A model generated the notes under the pieces. That model saw only the letters and a program-made list of their open reading frames with translations, had not been told where the DNA came from and did no database searches. The position numbers and the translations under genes were made by a program. DNA of 64,000 nt from Candidatus Poribacteria bacterium (GTDB lineage: Bacteria; Poribacteria; WGA-4E; GCA-2687025): positions 3,552,001 through 3,616,000 of the forward strand of contig OY762492.1 of assembly GCA_963665845.2 (NCBI GenBank), written 5' to 3'. Shown here piece by piece: positions 19,271 to 27,834 of this stretch. Within the stretch, counting starts at the first letter, position 1; each line of letters opens with the position of its first letter.

Positions 19271-20662
19271 ATGAACAACGACTCCCGCCCGACATTCCGG
19301 TTTCAAAACCTCGGACCCATCAAAGAAGCCGAGATGGAGCTGGGCGACCTGACGATCATCGCCGGGCGCAACAACACCGGCAAGACGTATGTCGCCTACG
19401 CCCTTTACGGCTTTCTGAGAGAATGGCCTTCCCGCCTCGCTATTCAGGGAAACGATCGGAAACTTTTTCCCATTCTCGCTGATCTTGTCTTGGCAGCTGG
19501 TAACTCGGAACATCTCAAGCTGCCTACAGACAAAGAAACGCTACGGAAGCATCGAACGGCTATCATTGACCAGACCGCGCGCTTCTATTCCGAAGGCTAT
19601 TTGCGCGAGGTGTTCAGCGTAGACGCCGAAGCGTTTAAGGACGCATCTTTCGACGTTCTGCTGGGCGATCCTCCTGACATGAATCTTGAGCAATTCGAGG
19701 ATCCGTGGGCGTCTTTAAATCAAGAAGGCGGTGAATTGATTCTGTCTCTCAAGGAAAGCTCTTTTTCGAAAATAAAAGACATATTTCTTCTTGCGTCATC
19801 TTGTATCGACGTTATATTTCCAGAACTGCTCCTTGACCCGTTTATTCTGACAAGCGAGCGGTTCAGCATTTCGCTTTTTCAGAACGAGCTCGACTTCGCA
19901 AGAAGCGAGATGGTGAGGAGGCTGCAGCAGATGGCATCCAACGACAGCGAAAAAGGAAGCGGATCGCGTTCCCCGTATGAGCTGATCAAGGAATCTTCCA
20001 GCCACTACGCCCGCCCGATCCAGGACAACCTCAATTTCACGCGCGCCATTCGCGACGTCGTAAAACAGAAAAGCGATCTGTATGAACAGAAGCGGCATGA
20101 CAACATCAAGCGCATGATCGACGGCTACTACCGCGTCGAAAACGGAGGCGTCCGATTCGTTTCAACAGCGCGCGGAGACAGGCGGTTCAATATCCCTTTG
20201 TATCGGGCGTCCTCGTCGGCGCGGGGGCTTTCGGATCTGTATTTTTACATGCGCCATGTCGCCCAAAAGGGTCAACTTCTCATGGTGGATGAGCCGGAGG
20301 CGCATCTGGACACGGCGAACCAGATTGAAATGGCGCGTTTGCTGGCGCGGCTGGCGAGGTCGGGAGTGAAGGTTCTCGTCACGACGCACAGCGATTACAT
20401 CGTCAAGGAGATCAACAACCTGATCATGTTAAGCCAGCCGTTCCAAAACAAAGAGGCGGTCATCAAGCGGTTGAAATACGGGGAAGACGAGTATTTGCAT
20501 GCCGATCAAGTCCGCGCCTACATCGCTGAAGACGGCAGCTTGTCCCGATGTAAAACGAACCCGTACGGGATCGAGTACCCGAATTTTGACGACACGATTG
20601 ACGACATCAACAACGTGGCAAATGAGCTTTCGGAGCGGGTATGGGAAGAGCAGGAAGAATAA
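19271..20662 (+). CDS. ABC-type AAA ATPase (AAA_15/AAA_21-like, defence-associated)
   Basis: FQNLGPIKEAEMELGDLTIIAGRNNTGKT (Walker A), LMVDEPEAHLD (Walker B), TTHS (H-loop). Confidence 0.9.
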   Translation: MNNDSRPTFRFQNLGPIKEAEMELGDLTIIAGRNNTGKTYVAYALYGFLREWPSRLAIQGNDRKLFPILADLVLAAGNSEHLKLPTDKETLRKHRTAIIDQTARFYSEGYLREVFSVDAEAFKDASFDVLLGDPPDMNLEQFEDPWASLNQEGGELILSLKESSFSKIKDIFLLASSCIDVIFPELLLDPFILTSERFSISLFQNELDFARSEMVRRLQQMASNDSEKGSGSRSPYELIKESSSHYARPIQDNLNFTRAIRDVVKQKSDLYEQKRHDNIKRMIDGYYRVENGGVRFVSTARGDRRFNIPLYRASSSARGLSDLYFYMRHVAQKGQLLMVDEPEAHLDTANQIEMARLLARLARSGVKVLVTTHSDYIVKEINNLIMLSQPFQNKEAVIKRLKYGEDEYLHADQVRAYIAEDGSLSRCKTNPYGIEYPNFDDTIDDINNVANELSERVWEEQEE

Positions 20663-20663
20663 A

Positions 20664-21275
20664 TTGGAGAGTTTTGCGGACTGCCTGCGGGAAGTTCTGG
20701 AAGGCGGCGCGCTAACGTCTCTAGAGAGCCGCGATCTCGTTCTCAAAGAAGAAGATCCCAATTCCAAGCAAACGGTTCGATTGACGAACGCGCCTCCCGA
20801 TCTTGTCGTTGTGGATGTGAGCGAAATCGGACAGATGAGCGGACTTAAGAAGAAGAGGAAGGAGAACGGGAACGGGAAGGGGTACGACTGGAATAAATCC
20901 TGCGACTATCTGCTGGCTTTTCGGTGGAATGGAGACGAACGCGCGCTCTTGATCGACTTAAAGAAGACGCTAGGCAGGAGAAATAAGCGGAAAGGTATGA
21001 AACAGCTCCGGTGGTCTCGCCCCCTGCTGGATTATCTGTGGTCTATCTATGAAGCTCGGAATGGGGCGCGCCCAGGCAGTCTTAAGCTCTCTGCAGGCTA
21101 CGCGCTCATCACCGAGGACTTCCACCACGAATCCTTAAACAAGCAGTATGTCCATCTGAAGTCTGGCGAAACGACGCTGGAGCGGTACAAAAATATCGAT
21201 ATCTGCATAGCGGTTGGCAAGAGTGTGTCTTGGAAAAAGCTGCTGAGAATCAAGGAGAGAAACGGCGAACGATGA
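20664..21275 (+). CDS. Hypothetical protein, possible PD-(D/E)XK-type nuclease
   Basis: TTG start 1 nt after the ATPase stop; motif KSCDYLL...LLIDLKK; stop overlaps the MTase start (ATGA). Confidence 0.6.
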   Translation: MESFADCLREVLEGGALTSLESRDLVLKEEDPNSKQTVRLTNAPPDLVVVDVSEIGQMSGLKKKRKENGNGKGYDWNKSCDYLLAFRWNGDERALLIDLKKTLGRRNKRKGMKQLRWSRPLLDYLWSIYEARNGARPGSLKLSAGYALITEDFHHESLNKQYVHLKSGETTLERYKNIDICIAVGKSVSWKKLLRIKERNGER

Positions 21276-22960
21276 AATTCGAAGAAAACACGCTTTACTT
21301 CGGCGATTGTTTGCAGATCATGCGCGGTTGGTCGTCGGAATGCGTCGACCTTGTCTATCTGGATCCGCCGTTCAACTCGGACGCCAACTACAACAACATC
21401 TTCAAGGGCAGCGGGCTGTTCGGCAAATCGCTCAATCCGCAGGTGAAGGCGTACGAGGACATCTGGACATGGAGCGATGAGGCGTACGACCGCTTGGAGC
21501 GCGTCAAAAACGCCGCCGCCAACCCCGCCTCAAAAGTGATCCAAGGCTTTGAGCTGTTCATGCCGAACTCCAAAATGCTCTCCTACACCTCTTACATGGC
21601 GGAGCGGCTGTTTGAATGCTGGCGGGTTTTGAAGCCGACAGGGTCGCTGTATCTGCATTGCGACCCGACGGCGAACTCGTATCTGCGGCTCATCCTGGAC
21701 GCGATTTTCGGCGAGAAGAATTTTCGGAATGAAATCGTTTGGAAGCGCACAGGAAGCCACAACAACGCAAAACGCTGGGGACCGATCCATGACACGCTGC
21801 TTTACTACAGCAAAAGCGACCGATGCGTATGGAACCGCGTCTTGCAGCCGTTCACACAGGAATATATTGATAAAAATTATCGTTTCGAAGACGAAAGAGG
21901 CGTCTTCGCAACATGGCCTTTGACAGGTCCTGGCAAACGCAGCGGCGATTCAGGAAAAGCATGGGGCGGCTTCGACCCCACCCAAAGCGGGATGGGAAGG
22001 CACTGGGCAGTCCCAGCTGAACGCGCTCTGCCCGATTGGTTCGAGTTTCCTGACGAATACTCACAATTCAAAACGCGGGAAAAACTTGACGCTCTTAATC
22101 AACAGGGACTCATACGCTGGCCAAAGAAAGAAGGCGGACAGCCGCAGTTTAAACGGTATCTTACAGAAAAAAGCGGTCAACCCTTGCAGAGCATCATCCT
22201 TGACATTCCGCCTGTCCCGAAGAGTGAGGAGCTGGGCTATCCGACGCAGAAACCGCTGGCATTGCTAGACCGCATCATCCGCGCCTCATCCAACGAGGGC
22301 GATACTGTTTTAGACCCGTTCTGCGGCTGCGGCACTTCTACGGAGGCGGCGCTCAACAACAACCGCCTCGCCGTCGGCATCGATATTTACGCGCCGGCGC
22401 TGAATCTCATCAACGATCTGCGCATCGTTCCGCAGGGGCGCCCCGCGTTGCCGGTGAAGGGCGCGCCGACCAATTTGACGGAGGCGCGTTTCCTGCATAC
22501 GCAAGATCCGTTTATGTTTCAGGATTGGGCGGTGTCGCTCATTCCTGGGCTGGCGGTGAACCCGAAGAAGTCGGGCGACGGCGGCGTGGACGGGGCTGGG
22601 GTGATGGCGTCCAAGCCTGACAACTGCGCTTTGCGCGGGGTTGTGGCGGAGGTCACAGGATCGCCCGGCTCGCAGGTCGTCAAATACCGCGCGCTCAAAG
22701 GCGTACTGGACGAGAACGAGGCGGCGATGGGCATCCTCATCACGCTGGAGACGCAGACGAAATGGCGCGAGTGGGAGCGCGGCTCCAAGCGCCCGTCGGT
22801 TGAGGTGGGCGGGCGGGAGTATCCGTCCATGCAGCGGTTCTCCATCCAGGAGTTTTTTGAGCAGCAGAGCGACTGGAAGCGGGTCATCAACCTCCCCCTC
22901 ATGCTGGATCCGTTCACGGGCAAGCCGGCGCGGCAAAGCCTGTTTGCGGATCTTGCATGA
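21272..22960 (+). CDS. Site-specific DNA methyltransferase (beta class N6/N4) with C-terminal Mrr-like domain
   Basis: LYFGDCL, YLDPPFNS, YPTQKPLALLDRII, VLDPFCGCGT; C-terminal FQDWAV..GDGGVDG..AEVT. Confidence 0.9.
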   Translation: MKFEENTLYFGDCLQIMRGWSSECVDLVYLDPPFNSDANYNNIFKGSGLFGKSLNPQVKAYEDIWTWSDEAYDRLERVKNAAANPASKVIQGFELFMPNSKMLSYTSYMAERLFECWRVLKPTGSLYLHCDPTANSYLRLILDAIFGEKNFRNEIVWKRTGSHNNAKRWGPIHDTLLYYSKSDRCVWNRVLQPFTQEYIDKNYRFEDERGVFATWPLTGPGKRSGDSGKAWGGFDPTQSGMGRHWAVPAERALPDWFEFPDEYSQFKTREKLDALNQQGLIRWPKKEGGQPQFKRYLTEKSGQPLQSIILDIPPVPKSEELGYPTQKPLALLDRIIRASSNEGDTVLDPFCGCGTSTEAALNNNRLAVGIDIYAPALNLINDLRIVPQGRPALPVKGAPTNLTEARFLHTQDPFMFQDWAVSLIPGLAVNPKKSGDGGVDGAGVMASKPDNCALRGVVAEVTGSPGSQVVKYRALKGVLDENEAAMGILITLETQTKWREWERGSKRPSVEVGGREYPSMQRFSIQEFFEQQSDWKRVINLPLMLDPFTGKPARQSLFADLA

Positions 22961-22982
22961 CCTCACGCCTAAACAGGAATGG

Positions 22983-23179
22983 CGGTCAGGACAAGTAGGA
23001 CATACAAATCGTCATTCCCGCGCAAGCGGGAATCTTAAGGAATCGCAGCCGCCGCTCCCGTCCTTTAAACTCCCCCAGCCCCCTTTCAAGGGGGGAGAAT
23101 CAAAGCTCGCCTTTCCGTCATTTCCGCGCGTTACGTTTTACCGCAAGGGCGGAAATGACGGTCAGGACAAGTAGGACAT
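22983..23179. repeat. Repeat cluster bracketed by a 21-bp direct repeat overlapping the glyA stop
   Basis: CGGTCAGGACAAGTAGGACAT at 22983-23003 and 23159-23179, with palindromic families in between. Confidence 0.8.
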
Positions 23180-24439
23180 GTCAGGATAGATCGGGAAGCG
23201 AGCGCACAATTCCTTCACCTCGGCGCGTATTTTCGCGCGTCCCTTTTCGCCTGTCGCTTTCTTCACCGCCAAGCTCATCCATTCGGCGATCTGCCGCATC
23301 TCTGGTTCGCGCATGCCGCGCGTCGTCAAGGCGGGGCTGCCCGGACGCAAGCCGCTCGTCACAAACGGCGAACGCGGGTCGTTCGGAACCGTGTTGCGGT
23401 TCACGATGATTCCCGCCTCTTCGAGTCGGTCGGCGGCGCGCTTGCCGCTGAACGGACGCTTCCGAAGATCAACCAGCATGAGATGATTGTCGGTCCCGCC
23501 GCTCACCAGGTCAAAACCGGCGGAGAGCAGCCCGTCCGCCAAAGCCGCCGCGTTCTTCACAATCTGCGCCGCATACTCTTTAAAAGACGGCTCCATCGCC
23601 TCTTTTAAATTCACCGCGCGCGCCGCCATCGCATGCATGAACGGGCCGCCCTGCAAGCCCGGAAAGACAGCGCGGTCGATGTCGGACGCCAGATCCGCCC
23701 TGCACATGACCAGCGCGCCGCGGGGACCGCGCAGCGTCTTATGCGTCGTCGTCGTCACGACATCGGCATATCCAAACGGGGTGGGATGAACGCCGCCGGC
23801 AATCAGACCGGCGATATGCGCGATGTCCGCCAAGAGATAGGCGCCGACCGAATCAGCGATCTCGCGCCAGGGGGCGAAGTCGATGAGGCGCGGATAGGCG
23901 CTCCCGCCGACGATGATCATGCGCGGGCGATGGCTCTCCGCCAGCTCCGCGACCTTGTTGAGATCGATATGCCCCGTCTCCTCGTCCACGCCGTAAAAAG
24001 CGACATCGTATAACTTGCCGGCAATGTTCTGCGCAAGCCCATGGCTCAAATGCCCGCCATGGCTCAACCGCATGGACAGGATGCGGTCGCCGGGTTCTAA
24101 CAGCGCCTGAAACGCGGCGATGTTCGCCTGCGAACCTGAATGGGTTTGGGCGTTCACATGCTCGGCGTTGAACAGCGCCTTCGTCCGCTCAATGACAAGC
24201 GATTCGATGCCGTCCATCCATTCGCACCCGTTGTAATACCGGCTGCCGGGGTAGCCTTCCGCATATTTGTTCGTCATGACGCTGCCCTGCGCCGCGAGGA
24301 CGGCGGGGCTGGCGTAGTTTTCGGACGGTATCAGAACGGCGTTGTCGCGCTGACGGCACAGGTCGCCCTCCAAAATACGCGCCGCTTCGGGATCAACGCC
24401 GCTCAATGAACGATGAAACGCATCCGCATGAATAGTCAA
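23162..24439 (-). CDS. glyA: Serine hydroxymethyltransferase
   Basis: LIPSENY, NKYAEGYPGSRYY, HGGHLSHG, VVTTTTHKTLRGPRG, SGGTDNHL; TTG start behind GGAGA overlapping the panE stop. Confidence 0.97.
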   Translation of the reverse strand: MTIHADAFHRSLSGVDPEAARILEGDLCRQRDNAVLIPSENYASPAVLAAQGSVMTNKYAEGYPGSRYYNGCEWMDGIESLVIERTKALFNAEHVNAQTHSGSQANIAAFQALLEPGDRILSMRLSHGGHLSHGLAQNIAGKLYDVAFYGVDEETGHIDLNKVAELAESHRPRMIIVGGSAYPRLIDFAPWREIADSVGAYLLADIAHIAGLIAGGVHPTPFGYADVVTTTTHKTLRGPRGALVMCRADLASDIDRAVFPGLQGGPFMHAMAARAVNLKEAMEPSFKEYAAQIVKNAAALADGLLSAGFDLVSGGTDNHLMLVDLRKRPFSGKRAADRLEEAGIIVNRNTVPNDPRSPFVTSGLRPGSPALTTRGMREPEMRQIAEWMSLAVKKATGEKGRAKIRAEVKELCARFPIYPDMSYLS

Positions 24440-25362
24440 TCGAGTTCTCCTATCTGTATCTGGGCGCGCGCCAGCTCGGTCAACGCCTTCAAGGCGGGCG
24501 CGGGTATGCCATGCGCCGAGGCTTCGCGCAGGAGCGCGCCGTTGATCTGCTCCAACTCGGTGCGTGAACCGCGCAGCGCATCCTGGAGCATGGAGGAGCG
24601 GTTCTGCGCCGTTTTTTGACATACCTCCAGCATGCGCTTCTGCAGGTCGGGCGGGAGCTGAATCCCGCGCGCTTCCGCCGCTTTGGACGCCTCCTTGACG
24701 ACCCGAACGGCGAGACGGCGCAGCGGCTTGATTTGGCAAACGGCGCCGTTCTGGACGCCCAGCAGCGCCGTGATCGGATTCACCGCGGCGTTCACAACCG
24801 CCTTCGCCCAGACAGACGCTTCCCAGTCGGGGGCTGTTTTGGCGTCAAAGCCGGCGGCGCGCAGCCTTTCTATAAAACGACCCGCCGCCGCTGATGAGGC
24901 GTCCGACAGCGCGCCGACCGTTGTCGTTCCCGACCCAGCATGGCATATATGCCCTTCTTGAACAAGCCATGCGCCTTCGGAGGTGGAACCTGCCAAGACC
25001 CGCTCCGCGCCGTATGCCGACGCTAAAATCTCCGCGTTGCCGATCCCGTTCTGTAGGGTTACGGCGTAAGTATCCGTCAAAACCGCCGGCGACGCAAACG
25101 CCGCCGCTTCCGCTGTCGCATACGCCTTCACCGCGAACAGAACCCAAGCAGGCTTAAAATCCAGCGCGGACGGATCAGTGTAAACGCGCGGGGAAAAACG
25201 CCGCTCAACGCCGCCGCTCTCCACGCAAACGCCCGCGCGGTTCAAACGCTCCGCCCGATCCGCCCGATAATCCAGCAGCGACGCGCCCAGACGCGACGCA
25301 AACAGCAAACCTGTCGCGCCCGGACCGACGACCAAGCATGCGCCGCCTACCTCTTTTCCCAC
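24436..25362 (-). CDS. panE: 2-dehydropantoate 2-reductase
   Basis: VVGPGATG, AVKAY, LQNGIGN, W.K..VN...NP.TAL, N.SSMLQD...G..TE...ING. Confidence 0.9.
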   Translation of the reverse strand: MGKEVGGACLVVGPGATGLLFASRLGASLLDYRADRAERLNRAGVCVESGGVERRFSPRVYTDPSALDFKPAWVLFAVKAYATAEAAAFASPAVLTDTYAVTLQNGIGNAEILASAYGAERVLAGSTSEGAWLVQEGHICHAGSGTTTVGALSDASSAAAGRFIERLRAAGFDAKTAPDWEASVWAKAVVNAAVNPITALLGVQNGAVCQIKPLRRLAVRVVKEASKAAEARGIQLPPDLQKRMLEVCQKTAQNRSSMLQDALRGSRTELEQINGALLREASAHGIPAPALKALTELARAQIQIGELD

Positions 25363-26636
25363 TTGATCAGCTCCGTCAGTTCGCTCAATGTGGCGCCGTC
25401 GTCGATCTCGCGGCGCAGGCGGTTTTCCAGCTCCATGACGCTCATGGCGCGGTTGGCCGTTTCCAGCGCCGACTTTGCGGGTACCGACACAACGCCGTCA
25501 TCGTCGCCGACGATCCAATCGCCGGGGCGGATCGTCACATCGCCGATCTTGATAGGGGCGTTGATTTCGCCCATGCCCTTCGGCTCCCATGCGGTCGGGT
25601 GGATATGCCGGGCGTAGGCGGGGAAGCGCAGGCGGCGTATCTCGGTTGTATCGCGGATTCCGCCGTCCACGACGACGCCCGCCAAGCCTTTCGCCGCGGC
25701 GCTGTGCGTCGCAAGTTCTCCCCAGACGGCGCTCGGATGTCCGCCCGCGTCCACGACAATCACATCGCCCGGCTCCGCGATGTCGATCGCCTCGACAGGC
25801 TTTGCCCAGTCGCCGGGATACGTTCTCACTGTGACGGCGCGACCCGCCATTTTGAAACCGTCCATCGCTGGACGGAGATAAGGCAAACCGCCTGTTCGGT
25901 GCTGCGCGTCCGCGATGTTTGCCGTACTGACCTTCAAAAACGCCTCGCGTATCGAGTCGGCGTCGGCGCGTTTGAAATGCGTTGTCGGGATGCGCGCGCC
26001 CGTTTTCACCGCCTTGACGATGGCGCGCGCCGCTTCGCGCGGGTCTTCCGCCTTCGCGATGGCGCCGCCGACGATGACGATGGACGCGCCCGCTTCAACC
26101 GCCAGCGCCGCGTTTTCGGAATGAAGCCCGCCCGCCGCCGCGACCGGGACAGGCGACGCCTCGCAAACGCGCGCCAGCGTTTCAAACGGATCCACGCCGC
26201 GCATCTGCTCGTCGATGGGGGTGTGAATGCCGACATAATCGGCGCCAAGTTCCGCCGCCTCAACGGCGCGCTGGACAGGGTCGGCGACTCCGATCAGGTC
26301 GACCATGATCTTGCTGCCGTAGTTGGCGGCGGCTTCGATGCTTTCGCGCAGGGTGGCGTCCGAGGCGGCGCCGAGAACAGCGGCGATGTCGGCGCCCGCC
26401 TTGCTTGCCATCTCCACCTCAACGCGCCCGGCGTCCATCGTTTTCATGTCGGCGACGATCGTATGTCGGCGGAAACGGGCGCGCAGCTGACGAACCGCCT
26501 CCAGCCCCTCGCTCTTGATGAGCGGCGTTCCCGCTTCGATCCAGTCCACGCCACCCTCCACGGCCGCCTCCGCGGCGGACATGGCGCGCCGAAGGTTCAT
26601 GAAATCTAGCGCCAACTGCACAACAGGAAAGCTCAT
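25347..26636 (-). CDS. Bifunctional 3-hexulose-6-phosphate synthase / RraA (HMG-aldolase-like) fusion
   Basis: N-terminal VQLALD, IEAGTPLIKSEG, ADMKTMDAG, AAGG; C-terminal STANIADA, GRAVTV, AVWGEL, DGGIRD, PGDWIVGDDDGVV. Confidence 0.9.
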   Translation of the reverse strand: MSFPVVQLALDFMNLRRAMSAAEAAVEGGVDWIEAGTPLIKSEGLEAVRQLRARFRRHTIVADMKTMDAGRVEVEMASKAGADIAAVLGAASDATLRESIEAAANYGSKIMVDLIGVADPVQRAVEAAELGADYVGIHTPIDEQMRGVDPFETLARVCEASPVPVAAAGGLHSENAALAVEAGASIVIVGGAIAKAEDPREAARAIVKAVKTGARIPTTHFKRADADSIREAFLKVSTANIADAQHRTGGLPYLRPAMDGFKMAGRAVTVRTYPGDWAKPVEAIDIAEPGDVIVVDAGGHPSAVWGELATHSAAAKGLAGVVVDGGIRDTTEIRRLRFPAYARHIHPTAWEPKGMGEINAPIKIGDVTIRPGDWIVGDDDGVVSVPAKSALETANRAMSVMELENRLRREIDDGATLSELTELIKWEKR

Positions 26637-26810
26637 TTCGATGCCGCCTCCGTTTCCCGTTCGCTGCTGTTTAATAAATCAGATCAACGCTGTCGACTTT
26701 CCACTCCCGCATCCCCGCCCTTCGCGATCAGATGTCATCCCGCGACAAATGCGCCTGCCACATGATCAGACACAGAAAGCCAGCGGGTGCGATTTTGTTC
26801 ATACGAGGTC

Positions 26811-27209
26811 TCATTCCTCTTCCTGACTGTGTTCATTGGGGTGAGATGCTCTGTGTATCTGTCGGCAAGCCTCTTCTAGAACGCGTAGTCTTTGCCATGT
26901 GTCAGGCACTGCAGCTGCTAATGCTTGTGCAGCCTCATTTCGCGTATTTAGCGCATCCTCGTAAACTGCCTCTACGGCCGCAACAGCCTTTTTCCACAGG
27001 TTTTTCGCATCGCCCGTTGCCGCATCTCGCATCGCTATTGTTTCCGACAACAGCTGTCGCATGCTTTCTGCCTGTTCCACTGTATCGTCCCAGATGTGAA
27101 ACTCATGCCGCGCCTGGCGTTCCAGCTTGTCGAGGACTTTCGCTCTTTCAATGAGCGCAATGCGCATCGGATCTTTTGCTTTATTCTTGGCATGTTGCTG
27201 GTCACTCAT
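26811..27209 (-). CDS. Hypothetical helical/coiled-coil protein
   Basis: 132-aa ORF with GAGG RBS, overlapping the upstream gene by 8 nt; lower-GC segment. Confidence 0.5.
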   Translation of the reverse strand: MSDQQHAKNKAKDPMRIALIERAKVLDKLERQARHEFHIWDDTVEQAESMRQLLSETIAMRDAATGDAKNLWKKAVAAVEAVYEDALNTRNEAAQALAAAVPDTWQRLRVLEEACRQIHRASHPNEHSQEEE

Positions 27210-27651
27210 GGTTGGCCTCTAAGTCTTGCTTGGTCAGATCGAATCCGTCAATTTGCTGATATACAGCTTGGTCGATAGACCTTGCCCGTCCTCCAGCCTG
27301 CGAGGACGCGGGAGGATGTCCTTTGAGCGCCTGTTCCAGAGCGCCAAGTCGGCGGGAAATATACAGCATAAACCCGATCACAATAGCCGCAGCTGCGCCC
27401 TGAACGCCCAGGATAATCCCGATAAGCCACCTCTCCAAAGAGGTCATGCTGTTTTTCAGTTCGTCTTTCAGATTTAGCACATCCACCTTCGTAGCAGGCT
27501 CTGCCTTCAGGACGACGATATTCGCATCCTTCTGGGGCGTGGACAATGTTTGGTTAGACGCATCAACGGCTAAAGGCGATGTCAACGCCGCCATGAGCGC
27601 AATGATTCCGAACATAGCTGCCACAGTAAGCCATCTGGTTTTGCCGTTCAT
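27202..27651 (-). CDS. Hypothetical membrane protein (signal peptide - coiled coil - TM, DUF1640-like tail)
   Basis: ATKVDVLNLKDELKNSMTSLERWLIGIILG; AAGGA RBS. Confidence 0.6.
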   Translation of the reverse strand: MNGKTRWLTVAAMFGIIALMAALTSPLAVDASNQTLSTPQKDANIVVLKAEPATKVDVLNLKDELKNSMTSLERWLIGIILGVQGAAAAIVIGFMLYISRRLGALEQALKGHPPASSQAGGRARSIDQAVYQQIDGFDLTKQDLEANHE

Positions 27652-27834
27652 CTCGATCCTTTCTTTTGTCGGGCGGTGAATACGGCCGCCCAGAACGATC
27701 TACGTATAGAGTAGCGCTATCGTTCCGTTGCGGCAAGCGGGCTGTTTAAACGGGACTCTCCGCCGTCGTCGTCAGTTCAATGCGCCGCCCTGTCTGCCCG
27801 CCTCCAGCCCCTTTGACAAGGGGAAACAGCCTCG

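Noticed and set aside
24440-24739. 100-aa N-terminal extension of GlyA in the ORF track (similar over-long starts for phyH, nuoJ and nuoCD)
   Set aside because: Overlaps the upstream gene; better-supported starts exist downstream
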